From: an uncultured Acidobacteriota bacterium
Lineage (GTDB): Bacteria > Actinomycetota > Acidimicrobiia > Spongiisociales > ZC4RG35
Assembly (NCBI GenBank): GCA_963789135.1
Contig: CAWBJJ010000008.1
Coordinates: 15,720-79,719 of the forward strand
Direction of reading: 5' to 3'
Length of the DNA stretch: 64,000 bases
Both the position numbers and the translations under genes were made by a program. The notes under the pieces were generated by a model that was given only the letters and a program-made list of their open reading frames with translations, did not search any database and had not been told where the DNA came from. Numbering within the stretch: the first letter of the stretch is position 1; each line of letters opens with the position of its first letter. Below, in pieces: positions 52,552 through 62,556 of this stretch.

Positions 52552-53526
52552 CTACGTCGAGCCTAGGTCGACGCCCTCGTACTGATACCCGCTGTTGTCA
52601 CCTTCGACGTCCATCTCGATGGTCCCGGTCGGGATCCGGGCACATCCCCCGTCACTGTCGCCGCCCGCCGAGAAGTTCTCGATCACATAGGCGACCAGTG
52701 GTGTCTCATCGGGGCTCGGGCTGCCCCCGGTCGAGCTGAACCCGTCCGGAAAGTCGTCAGAGCAGTCGACGGTCACCGGGGAAGAGAGTTGAGGCCCGGG
52801 AACGTCGATCTGGACGGAGCTTGCGTCTGCCGTCCCATCGATCCTCGCCCCCTCGGTCTCACTGAGCTCGAACAACAACGCGAAGCTGTGGCGGGCTCCC
52901 TGGTATCCGAGGCTGGTGGGCACCGGCGGCTGGATCCATCGGTCCGGCGGGTAGCCCTGGCGCTCGGCTTCAGCGGTGACGAAGTACTCGTGATTCTGCA
53001 CGCCCAACTCGACGGCGAACCCCTCATCGCCCCCGGCGACGCATGTCGCACTGCCGCCCACCGGGATCGGGTCGAGGGAGCACACGTCTTCGCCGAGATC
53101 CGAACCGTCGAACCCTGAGATCTCCAGGCCGACCACGGTCCCGTTGAGCTGGTCGAGGTTCTCGACGGTGAACTGGACCCAGTAGCGGGGGCTTCCGAGC
53201 TGGGGAACGGACTCCGCCGAGAACCCCGCCGGGAGGAATGGGCCCCCGGCCGACTCACCTACCGCCACAGAGATGAGCACCGACCCCGCGCCTCCTGTGA
53301 AGTCGAACACCGCGGCAGCGATCACCGGGGGCAGGGTTGCCGGGGGCGAGGAGTCGGTGGTGTTCGTCGCCTCCGACGTCGTGGTCTCCTGGCCGGCAGT
53401 GGTCGTCGTCGCCGGATCGACGCTGGTGGTGGTGCTTGCTCCGGTTGTGGTGCTCGCTTCACTCTCGCCGGCGCAGGCGGCGAGTGCCAGGCACAGGGCC
53501 AGGGTCGATGCAATGGTGCGCTTCAT
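52552..53526 (-). CDS. secreted lipoprotein with Thr-rich linker and beta-rich domain
   Basis: MKRTIASTLALCLALAACAG lipobox (LAAC); TTTGASTTTSVDPATTTTAGQETTTSEATNTT linker; GAGGAG SD. Confidence 0.6.
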   Translation of the reverse strand: MKRTIASTLALCLALAACAGESEASTTTGASTTTSVDPATTTTAGQETTTSEATNTTDSSPPATLPPVIAAAVFDFTGGAGSVLISVAVGESAGGPFLPAGFSAESVPQLGSPRYWVQFTVENLDQLNGTVVGLEISGFDGSDLGEDVCSLDPIPVGGSATCVAGGDEGFAVELGVQNHEYFVTAEAERQGYPPDRWIQPPVPTSLGYQGARHSFALLFELSETEGARIDGTADASSVQIDVPGPQLSSPVTVDCSDDFPDGFSSTGGSPSPDETPLVAYVIENFSAGGDSDGGCARIPTGTIEMDVEGDNSGYQYEGVDLGST

Positions 53527-53575
53527 CCCGTACTCCTCACCCCGGAGTTGGGGGGCCACCACCCTACGCGGTCAC

Positions 53576-55637
53576 TTACGGCGCAGGGCACACGACGGTG
53601 TCGATCGGGTCGCCGGGGAGGCTGTTCGCCTCCTCCAGATACGCGTCCGCGGTGTCGCTCAGTCCCAGACCGCACTCGTAGACGAAAGCCAGCGCCATGA
53701 AGAATTCGCGCTTGCTGTCGAGGTCCGGGGCGATCTCGGAGGCAGTCTCGAACTCGGCTATGGCAGCCTCGTTGTCCTCGTCGAGTAAGTGGACGGAGCC
53801 GAGGGTGGCGTGGGCGTCCGCGGCGACATCCAACAACCTGGGCTCGGACTCGATCACCGGCATCAGTGCATCGACAAGCGTCACGAACCTCTCGCCGCCG
53901 CTCGACACCATGGTTGTTCAGGCAGAGATTGATCCGTGCCATCTCGAGCCGCGATCTCTCCGGGAGAAACGAGAACTCGGGGGCCTCCATGAGGGCCACC
54001 TCGTCGAATCCGGCGATGGCGGCTTCGAGCCCTTCGACGTCCCCGGCGCCAGTTCCGCCGCAGGCCGCTCCCTTGGCGCGCTGAAATCCGACCTCCGCCA
54101 GTCCAAAGTGGGCCCGGGCGTAGTCGGGCTCCAGCTCGAGGGCTCGTTGGAAATACCCCTCGGCATCGTCGAGATCCTCCTGCAGGCCGCTCACGTTTCC
54201 CAGGAGATTGAAGACAACTTCCTTGCCATTGCTGTCGACCCTCGACCCGGGCCAGTCGATCGACGCTTGAACGAAGCGCTCCTCAGCCTGGTCGAAGTCA
54301 CCGAGCTGATAGAAGCTGAGCCCGATCGCGAGCTCGGTCAACGCCGTGATCTTGGGTCCCAGGCGCTGGGCGGCGATGCTCAGAGTCCCGGGGTCTGTGC
54401 TGAGAATGGTCTGGTCGTCCATTGCATAGGCGCCGGCGAGCTCCTTGGCGCCGGTCAGACCGCGGTCCGAGATGAAGAACTCGGTGGTGAGCAAGGGCGC
54501 GCCGTTCTCGGTGTCCAGGGTGCCGTAGACGACCACGTCGGCGGCGACTCTCGAGGCGAGCTCGGCCGCTTCCTGGGCCCGTTCCTCTGGGGTGTCCCCC
54601 GCCAGAGGCCCTACCTCGTCAGGACCGGCCACCGCCACCTCGACGTCGGTCTCTTCGGCCACCGCCTCGTCGATTTGGCGGTACAAGGTCTCGGAGACAC
54701 TCGAGGCCGACTCGCCAGTCGACGCGAACTCGGCAACCGCGATGTTGAAATCACCCCCGATTGGCCCCAGTGTCACCACGACGTTGGCTGTGGCCGCCGA
54801 CTCGGCCCCATCCTCGTCCCGAACGGTGAAGCCAAACGAGTCCGGTCCTCGATAACGGGATGGGCCGGTGTAGGAGATCAGGCCACCACCCAGATCGGCG
54901 ATGCTGCCGCCATGCGTCGACTCGTTGTCGACCGTGACCGACAACTCGCCGGAAGCGTCATCCTCGACCCATTCGAGAAGATCGATCTCGGTGGGAATGT
55001 CCCCGATCGCGGTCACCGCCTCCGGAGTGATGGATGGTGGCCGATTGCCCCGAACTACGAGCGCCACACCGAGCACCGCGATTATCAGGACTGCCGCGCC
55101 CAGCCAGGCCCACAGCGGGAACCCGTGCCATCGGCGACGCCAGCCTCCGATGTGGTCGATCAGGTTGTCGACGTCGTCGTCGAATCGATCCGGTCGCACC
55201 GTGACCGCCTGACGGCCAGGCAGGGTCTGCAGCGGCTCGGGCAGTTGGTCGGCGGTGGGCAGGTCGGCGTCTCCGACCAGGACCGGGATCACCTGAACCC
55301 GCCCCATCTCCAGCGCGATGGCGATCTCCCTACGCACCCAGTCTTCAGGGTTGTCGAGACGGCGCTTGCCCCCGGCGTCGGCGGCTAGCCAGTCGGGGCC
55401 GATGATCGCCAGCAGGACATCACTCCTGGCGAGTGCCTCATCCAGAGTGGTGGCGAAGTCCTGACCGGGAGGGATGGTCTCGTGATCAAGCCAGATCGCC
55501 TTGCTCGCGTAGTAATCGGTGAGCGCGGCATGAAGCCGGCCCGCATGTCCTCCCGCATCACTCCGGCGATAGCTGATGAAGATGTCCGGGCTGGCCAGAC
55601 CGCGTTTGATCGAGGCGATCAGTCCAATGCAGAGAAT
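53576..55637 (-). pseudogene. TIR domain - TM - cadherin/Ig-like - TPR repeat protein (one frameshift near C-terminus; no canonical start codon)
   Basis: TIR: SPDIFISYRRSDAGGHAGRLHAALTDYY...LLAIIGPDWLAADAGGKRRLDNPEDWVRREIAIALEMGRVQVIPVLV; TM FPLWAWLGAAVLIIAVLGVALVV; Ig-like LSVTVDNESTHGGSIADLGGGLISYTGP...DSFGFTVRDEDG...VVVTLGP; TPR ...YFQRALELEPDYARAHFGLAEVGF; C-terminal 111 aa continue in frame of 53576..53911 (shift ~53900-53912). Confidence 0.65.
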
Positions 55638-57177
55638 CTACCGCCCGGTCGCCGTCGGCTCCCCGACCGCCAGTTCGAGGCACGCTTTCACTGCGTCGTC
55701 TGCGCGCTCATCATCAGGCACCTCGATGATCGTCGGGCGACCGCCGGCCGAGAGCGAGCCCAGCGTGCCTTCGAGGAGCTCGTCGTCGGTCGTGGCGTCC
55801 ACCAGGAATACCGCTCTGTCGAGGGCGCCCTCTCCGGCCAGCATCTCGATCTCGACGAGGCATCCCTGGTTGTCCGGCCCGAAATCGCGCAGGTCCATGA
55901 GCACCGAATGGCTCATACGCAGCAGCTCGACGACCGCCAACCGCCAGGTGTCGTCGAAGCAGAAGAACTCTTCGACCCGATATCTCGCGTCCGGGTCCTG
56001 GCGCACGACGAGCGATTCGCGCCGCTGCTCGAGAGTGGCCGGCGAATCCACGAAGAGGCGGGGCAGGTCACCGCTGAGGAACGTGAGGAACTCGTCCGGC
56101 TCCACAGAAGCGACCGCGAGGTCCGGGCCACCGATCATCCGCACCGGGCCCAGGTAGCGCCATTGGGCGCTGATCCGGTCCAGGAGTCGCTGGGCGCCCC
56201 GTCGAGGAGAGAACACCCGGAGAACGAGCAGGGCTGCCGGCGCCGAGGGTTTCCGATGGACCACCCGGTAGAGGACCAGGGCCAGGGCGCCCATGGCGAT
56301 GAAGACCGCCATGCCGGCAGCGAAGGCCCAGCCGTCGGTTGGCCTGATGCCGGCCGAGGAGTCGATCGCGAAGACGAAGAACACCGACCCGAGCAGGAGC
56401 ATTTGGTCCGAGAACCCGCTGCCGCGGTACCAGGCGGCGAGAAGCCGGCCGACGAGTACCGCCAGGACCAGCGAGCCTACGAACCCGGCGGCGACACCGA
56501 ACAGGAGCAGATTGGCGTCGCCCCAGTCGATGATCGGGCCTGACGCTGTGATCAACAGGTAGATGGCCTGGGCCCCGGCGATCGCGGCCATCACCGTGCC
56601 GAGGACCAGGGGGCCAACACCCCGGAGGGGCCGCGTCAGGAAGGCGACGACCGCCAACGTCGGGATCAAACTCCACACCCACAGCTCGAACGGCAAGAAC
56701 GGGCCGCTTCCCGCGAACCAACCAGCCGCCATCAGCAAGAGGACGTATATCCCGATGGAGGCCAGCAACCAGCGCCGGGCCCCGCCGGTGACGATCCAGG
56801 TCCCGATCACCGCCGGCCAGGCATAGATCACCGTGAAGACCGTCACTCGGTAGATGGAGAGAGCGATGTCGTTCCAGGTGAGCAGGAGGATGGAAAAGCA
56901 GATGCCTGTGACCACCGCGACCGCGATCACGACCCCGACATTGACCCACACCCCGCGGGGCCTGGTGTCCTGCGGTGACCGCGGGCTTCGACAGGGGTAT
57001 AGGCGAAGTTTGCGAGGCGGCCGGGGCGGCATCGGCCGTTGCTCCACGCCGTTCCATGAGGCGCCGGATCGAGCTCCGGTAGCGACGGAGCAAGAGCCAT
57101 GTGATGGGCAGGGCGAGCACCGCGGCCACCAGGGCGAGGATGAGGGGGATCCCGCCCAGGAACGCCATATCGCTCAT
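55638..57177 (-). pseudogene. polytopic (~12 TM) membrane protein with ~190-aa cytoplasmic C-terminal domain, one frameshift
   Basis: ATG 57177 with GGAGG SD: MSDMAFLGGIPLILALVAAVLALPITWLLL... in one frame, continues ...VWVNVGVVIAVAVVTGICFSILLL... in frame of 57047 (shift ~56970-56990 in GGCCCCGCGGGG); ends at TAG 55638-55640 that is in frame with the downstream TIR domain. Confidence 0.55.
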
Positions 57178-57204
57178 TGGCCTCGCCTCCGCGGCTCGGG
57201 TCGT

Positions 57205-58839
57205 CTAGAGCTCCATCACCACCGGGACGATCACCGGCTTGCGCGCGGTTTCCGCGCGGATCACCTTGCCCACCGCGGACCGAACCGTCTTCTGCAGCTC
57301 TCCAATGTCACTGCGCCCCGCAGCGTGCTCTTCGATCGCTTGGCGCACTGCTTCCGCCGACTTCTCCAGGACGGCGGTCGGGTCGTCCATGAGGCCGTGG
57401 CTGTCGAGGTCGGGGCCGTAGAGGATCTCGCCGGTGTCGTGGTCGATCCCCACGGTGACCACGACCACGCCCTCATCCGCGAGATGGGAGCGGTCGCGGA
57501 GCACCGCAGACTGAACGTCCCCTACAGCCGATCCATCGAGATACACGTAGCCGGCGGGGACAGCCCGGCGCTCCACCATCGTCTTCTTCCCATCGAGGAT
57601 CACCCGGTCGCCGTCTTCGAGGACGTCGACGTGGCGAATGCCCATCGTCCTCGCCAGCTCGGCATGGGCGTGGAGGTGCCGGTACTCGCCATGTACAGGC
57701 ACGAAAGCCCGGGGCCGCAACAGGTTGAGGAAGGTCAGCAACTCCTCGCGGTTGGCGTGACCTGAGACGTGGACGTCGGCGTTCTGGCCGTGGACCACCC
57801 GCGCGCCGCGTCGCATCAGGTTGGAGATCACCTTGGAAACTGCGCTCTCGTTGCCGGGTATCGGCTTTGCCGAAATGAGGACGGTGTCTTCGGGGCCGAG
57901 CTCGACGAACCGGTGACGCCCCTGGGACATGAGGGAGAGAGCAGCGAAGGGCTCGCCCTGGCTTCCGGTGGTGATCATCATCTGCTTGTCCAGCGGCAGC
58001 TTCTCGAGCTCGCTGATGTCGACCAGCGACTTCTCGGGGACCGTGAGAAGCCCCAGCTCCTTGGCCAGCACCGTGTTGCGCTGCATCGAGCGGCCGAAGA
58101 AGGCGATCTTCCGACCCGAGGCGATGCCTGCGTCGACGATCTGCTGGACCCGGTGGATATGAGAGGAGAAACAGGCGGCGAACACCCTCCCCGGGGCGTC
58201 ACGCACGATGTCGGCAATGGGACGGCCAACCGAGCTCTCCGATGGCTCGAATCCTGGCTTCTCGGCGTTGGTCGAATCGGCGAGCAGCAGGCGAACCCCG
58301 CGGCGGCCCAGGGTGGCGAAGGCAGGCAGGTCGGTTGGCACCTGATCGATCGGAGTCGGGTCGAGCTTGAAGTCCCCGGAATGGACGATCACGCCCTCCG
58401 GAGTGTCGAGGGCCACGGCAGCGGCCTCGGGGACCGAGTGGCTGACAGGGATCAGCTGAAAGCGGAACGGCCCATGGTCAGTCCAATTCTTGAATCCAAC
58501 GACACGGAGGTCGGCCTCCACGCCCAGCTCGTCGATCCTCCCCCTGGCAAGCTCCATGCTGAGCCTGGTCCCATAGACCGGCACCGGAACCGCCTTGAGG
58601 AAGTAGGCGAGAGCGCCGGTGTGGTCCTCGTGGCCATGGGTGATGATCACGCACTCGACGTCCTTGGAGCGGGCCGCGAGCCAGGACCAGTCGGGGAATA
58701 CGAGATCGACGCCGAGCATGTCCTCTTCGGGAAACATGAGGCCGCAGTCGATCAATGCGATCTTCCCGGCGATCTCCACGGCGGCGCAGTTGCGACCGAT
58801 CTCCCCCAGGCCCCCGAGAAACGTGACGGAGACGCTCAC
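57205..58839 (-). CDS. rnj: ribonuclease J
   Basis: metallo-beta-lactamase HxHxDH (ITHGHEDHTGAL), beta-CASP and C-terminal domains; GTG start overlapping dapA stop (GTGA). Confidence 0.85.
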   Translation of the reverse strand: MSVSVTFLGGLGEIGRNCAAVEIAGKIALIDCGLMFPEEDMLGVDLVFPDWSWLAARSKDVECVIITHGHEDHTGALAYFLKAVPVPVYGTRLSMELARGRIDELGVEADLRVVGFKNWTDHGPFRFQLIPVSHSVPEAAAVALDTPEGVIVHSGDFKLDPTPIDQVPTDLPAFATLGRRGVRLLLADSTNAEKPGFEPSESSVGRPIADIVRDAPGRVFAACFSSHIHRVQQIVDAGIASGRKIAFFGRSMQRNTVLAKELGLLTVPEKSLVDISELEKLPLDKQMMITTGSQGEPFAALSLMSQGRHRFVELGPEDTVLISAKPIPGNESAVSKVISNLMRRGARVVHGQNADVHVSGHANREELLTFLNLLRPRAFVPVHGEYRHLHAHAELARTMGIRHVDVLEDGDRVILDGKKTMVERRAVPAGYVYLDGSAVGDVQSAVLRDRSHLADEGVVVVTVGIDHDTGEILYGPDLDSHGLMDDPTAVLEKSAEAVRQAIEEHAAGRSDIGELQKTVRSAVGKVIRAETARKPVIVPVVMEL

Positions 58840-59732
58840 AGGCCTTGCAGAGCCCCAACCGCCTTTTCGATGGCTATCAGTGTCTCCTCGGAGGCATCGA
58901 CCAATGGCAGGCGAACCGAGCCCACCGTTTCCCAGAGCCGGTTCATCGCACCCTTCACCGGGGTCGGGTTGGTCTCGAGGAAACACGCCTCACACAAGGG
59001 CAGCAACTCGTGATGGATGCTTCGGGCAATGTCCATCTCACCGGCCAGGGCGGCTTCGACCATGGCCGCCACCCGCCGCCCGGCGAGGTGGCTGATCACC
59101 GAGACCACGCCGATCGCACCGACAGCCATCATCGGCCAGGTGTGCGAATCCTGGCCGCTGTACACCGGCAGGGCAGGGATTCGGTTCACGGTCTGGCTGG
59201 TGAAGTCGACATCCATCACCGCGTCTTTCACAGCAACGATGTTCTCGTGCCGACTGAGCCGGTCCAGGGTCTCGAGCTCGATGAGACGGCCGGTCCGATT
59301 GGGGATGTTGTAGAGCAGCACCGGGACCCCGACGTCTGCGATCGCCTCGAAGTGGGCGACCAGGCCCGACTGGCCCGGCTTGTTGTAATAGGGGGTCACG
59401 GCGAGGGCTCCATGGCAACCGATCTCGCCGGCGCGCCTGGTCAATTCGATCGACTCGGCGGTGTCGTAGCTACCGGTCCCGGCGACCACCATCGTCTTCT
59501 TCCCGGAGACCGAGTCGAGGACCGTCTTGTACAGCGCGAGCTTCTCGGCGGCGCTCAGTGTCGGAGACTCGCCGGTGGTACCGGTGACCACCAGGGTGTC
59601 CGAGCCCTGATCTGCCAGGTATCGCGCCAGGCGCCATGCCTTCTCGTGATCGACCGCGCCGGAATCGGTGAACGGCGTGATCATCGCGGTGGCGACGTGG
59701 CCGAAGGGGGCTTTGGAGTCGAGGCTCACCAC
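58836..59732 (-). CDS. dapA: 4-hydroxy-tetrahydrodipicolinate synthase
   Basis: ...TAMITPF...VVTGTTGESPTLS...; Schiff-base lysine region; 298 aa. Confidence 0.9.
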   Translation of the reverse strand: MVSLDSKAPFGHVATAMITPFTDSGAVDHEKAWRLARYLADQGSDTLVVTGTTGESPTLSAAEKLALYKTVLDSVSGKKTMVVAGTGSYDTAESIELTRRAGEIGCHGALAVTPYYNKPGQSGLVAHFEAIADVGVPVLLYNIPNRTGRLIELETLDRLSRHENIVAVKDAVMDVDFTSQTVNRIPALPVYSGQDSHTWPMMAVGAIGVVSVISHLAGRRVAAMVEAALAGEMDIARSIHHELLPLCEACFLETNPTPVKGAMNRLWETVGSVRLPLVDASEETLIAIEKAVGALQGL

Positions 59733-59766
59733 ATCAGGCTACCGCTCGACCGACTAGAACGACCCC

Positions 59767-61251
59767 ATGGAGCTCAGACTCCCCGCTCCCAGCCTCCTCG
59801 TCCTGATCGGCCCGTCCGGATCGGGGAAATCGACCTGGGCCGGTGAGCACTTCGGCGAGGAGAGTGTCGTGGCCTCGGACCGGCTCCGGGCCATGGTCGG
59901 CGCCGGCGAGGAAGACCGCCGAGCGGGCACTGCCGCCTTCGAGATCCTGGAGCGGATCGTCACGGAAAGGCTGGGACGGGGCCTGGCCACGGTCGTGGAC
60001 ACACTGGGATTCGACCGGGAGCGACGGGTGGGCTGGGTGCGGCAGGCCCACGCCGCCGGAATCCCGGCGATCGCGGTGGTCTTCGAGACCCCACCCGAGG
60101 AGTGCGAGCGGCGGAACGCCTCACGGCGCAAACCCCTGCCCAAAGATGTGCTCCGCAAGCAGATCGCCCGGTTCAACTCCGTCCTCCTCGAATTGCCCGA
60201 GGATGGGTTCGATCGGGTGATCACCGAGCAGCCGGTGGCTTTGGTCCCTCCGGCACTCGCCTCGACTCCCCTCTCCAAGCCCAGGCCGGCGCGGGACGGC
60301 GGCCACAGCTTCGGGTTGACCGTGTCCCGATTCGACTGGGGCGACCGGCCGGAGAGCATGGCCACGGACCTGGCCCGGATCGCGAGCGCAGCGGAAGGGG
60401 CGGGATTCCGCGACCTGTGGGTCATGGATCACTTTCGTCAGATCCCCAGCATCGGGAGGGCCTGGGAGGACATACCCGAGAGCTACACCACCCTCGGTTT
60501 CCTGGCCGGCGTCACCAGCCGGATCCGGCTCGGAGCCCTGGTCACCGGCATCACCTATCGCAATCCCGCCCTGCTCGGGAAGATGATCGCCACGCTCGAC
60601 GTGCTCTCCTTGGGCCGGGCAAACTGCGGTTTGGGGCTGGGATGGAATGCCGAGGAGCACCGGGGATACGGATGGGAGTTCCCCCCGGTCCCCCAGAGGT
60701 ACCAGCTCCTCGAGGACACCCTGGAGATGCTTCCGCTGCTCTGGGGCAAAGGCACTCCGTCGTACCAGGGCCGTCTCTTCTCGGCATCGGAGCTGATTTG
60801 CTACCCGAGGCCGATCCAGGAGCACATCCCGATCACTATCGGGGGATCCGGGGAGCGTCGCACCCTGAAGCTGGTGGCCCGACACGGGAACGCATGCAAC
60901 CTCTTTGGCAAGCCGGAGGTGGTGGCGCGCAAGGTCGAGGTCCTCCGCCAACACTGTCTGGACGAAGGTCGCGACCCGGGTGAGATCGAGGTGACCCACC
61001 TAATCACCGCGATGGTGGGCTCGAACCGCAAGGAGTTGGGAGCACGGGTGGATTCGGCCCGGGGCCGTGACCAGACCGCCGAGGATTTCGCAGCCCGGGC
61101 AAACGCGGGGACCGTCGATGACTTCAGCTACCTCGTGGAGGCCTATCGGGAGGCGGGTGCCTCACACACCATCGTCTCGATACCCGACGTGTCTCATGCC
61201 GGGAGCGTCGAGGAGTTCGGGCCGCTGATCACACGTTTCGATGGGTCTTAG
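59767..61251 (+). CDS. fusion protein: P-loop kinase (AAA_33/polynucleotide-kinase-like) + LLM-class F420-dependent oxidoreductase
   Basis: N-term LVLIGPSGSGKSTWAGEHF Walker A; C-term luciferase-like monooxygenase TIM barrel (...DLWVMDHF...LGLGWNAEEH...). Confidence 0.7.
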   Translation: MELRLPAPSLLVLIGPSGSGKSTWAGEHFGEESVVASDRLRAMVGAGEEDRRAGTAAFEILERIVTERLGRGLATVVDTLGFDRERRVGWVRQAHAAGIPAIAVVFETPPEECERRNASRRKPLPKDVLRKQIARFNSVLLELPEDGFDRVITEQPVALVPPALASTPLSKPRPARDGGHSFGLTVSRFDWGDRPESMATDLARIASAAEGAGFRDLWVMDHFRQIPSIGRAWEDIPESYTTLGFLAGVTSRIRLGALVTGITYRNPALLGKMIATLDVLSLGRANCGLGLGWNAEEHRGYGWEFPPVPQRYQLLEDTLEMLPLLWGKGTPSYQGRLFSASELICYPRPIQEHIPITIGGSGERRTLKLVARHGNACNLFGKPEVVARKVEVLRQHCLDEGRDPGEIEVTHLITAMVGSNRKELGARVDSARGRDQTAEDFAARANAGTVDDFSYLVEAYREAGASHTIVSIPDVSHAGSVEEFGPLITRFDGS

Positions 61252-61283
61252 ACTCGGCCCGACACGTTCTCGATGGAGGTTCG

Positions 61284-61865
61284 ATGGCTGTCACTTCGAC
61301 GATGCTGGCTCTTGGGACGCAGGCTCCCGACTTCAAGCTGACCGACACGGTCTCGGGGCGCCCTGTCTCGTTGTCCGATTTCGACGACAAGCAGGCTCTG
61401 CTCGTCATGTTCATCTGCACCCATTGCCCGTACGTGAAGCACGTTCGCACCGAGTTGGCCAGGCTGGGCCGCGACTTTCAGGGCACCGGACTCGGGATCG
61501 TCGCGATCTCGTCGAATGACCCTGAGACCCATCCGGAAGACTCGCCGGAGAACTTGAAGGCCGAGGCCGAAACTCAGGGATACCTGTTCCCGTTCCTCTT
61601 TGATGAGGACCAGGAGGTCGCGGCGGCTTTCACCGCGATGTGCACACCCGACTTCTTCCTCTTCGGGCCGGAGCGAGCACTGGTCTATCGAGGCCAACTC
61701 GACGACTCCCGCCCCAGCAACGATGCTCCGGTCACCGGGGCCGACCTCCGGGCCGCGATCGACGCGGTGCTGGGCGGGGCCGAGGTGAGCGCCGATCAGC
61801 GACCATCTATGGGCTGTTCCATCAAGTGGAAGAGCGGCAACACTCCCGCCTACTTCATCCGCTGA
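61284..61865 (+). CDS. thioredoxin-fold redoxin (AhpC/TSA family) protein
   Basis: APDFKLTDTVSGRPVSLSDF...LVMFICTHCPYV CxxC in redoxin context. Confidence 0.7.
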   Translation: MAVTSTMLALGTQAPDFKLTDTVSGRPVSLSDFDDKQALLVMFICTHCPYVKHVRTELARLGRDFQGTGLGIVAISSNDPETHPEDSPENLKAEAETQGYLFPFLFDEDQEVAAAFTAMCTPDFFLFGPERALVYRGQLDDSRPSNDAPVTGADLRAAIDAVLGGAEVSADQRPSMGCSIKWKSGNTPAYFIR

Positions 61866-61895
61866 TCCGCTTCAACACACGAGGAAACCACAGAC

Positions 61896-62405
61896 ATGGC
61901 AAACCAATACCCGGCCGCCCCTGACCTCGTCATCGACCTCGACAAGACCTATACCGCGACCCTGGACACCAACCACGGGACGATCGAGATCGAGTTCGAT
62001 GCGGTGCGTTCACCGATCGCGGTCAACAACTTCGTCCACCTGAGCCGAGACGGCTACTACGACGGGGTCATCTTCCACAGGGTCATCGAGGACTTCATGA
62101 TCCAGGGTGGCGATCCCACCGGGACCGGCACCGGTGGGCCGGGCTACAAGTTCCGTGACGAGCTGGAGGGCGAAGGCAGCTACAGCCGGGGCACGGTGGC
62201 CATGGCCAACGCCGGGCCCAACACCAACGGCTCGCAGTTCTTCATCTGCCACCGCGACGTGGGGCTCCCCCATTCCTACACCATCTTCGGCAAGGTCACC
62301 TCGGGAATCGACGTGGTGGATTCCATCGCCGGGACCGAGACCGACCGTCGGGACCGACCCACCAAAGACGCTGTTATCAACAGCGTTTCCGTGACAGAGA
62401 ACTAA
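61896..62405 (+). CDS. ppiB: peptidyl-prolyl cis-trans isomerase, cyclophilin type
   Basis: ...GYYDGVIFHRVIEDFMIQGGDPTGTGTGGPGY...GTVAMANAGPNTNGSQFFI cyclophilin signature. Confidence 0.9.
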   Translation: MANQYPAAPDLVIDLDKTYTATLDTNHGTIEIEFDAVRSPIAVNNFVHLSRDGYYDGVIFHRVIEDFMIQGGDPTGTGTGGPGYKFRDELEGEGSYSRGTVAMANAGPNTNGSQFFICHRDVGLPHSYTIFGKVTSGIDVVDSIAGTETDRRDRPTKDAVINSVSVTEN

Positions 62406-62556
62406 CTGCTCTGTTATGCTCCCGGCGCTGTTGCTGCCTCGGCGGCGACTCGTTCTGATTTCCCTGTTCTGAATGACTGGGCTGAGGACAAGGGTCGTAC
62501 CGGACAATGCGACGAAATGCCCCGAAAGGGCCAGCTAGGACAAGGACCAGTCACAG

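Noticed and set aside
53697-55388. 563-aa plus ORF antisense to the TIR protein; 50264..51700 antisense to the S1 protease
   Set aside because: No domain signatures, Gly/Arg/Asp-rich; the minus-strand frames carry clear TIR, TPR and trypsin motifs.
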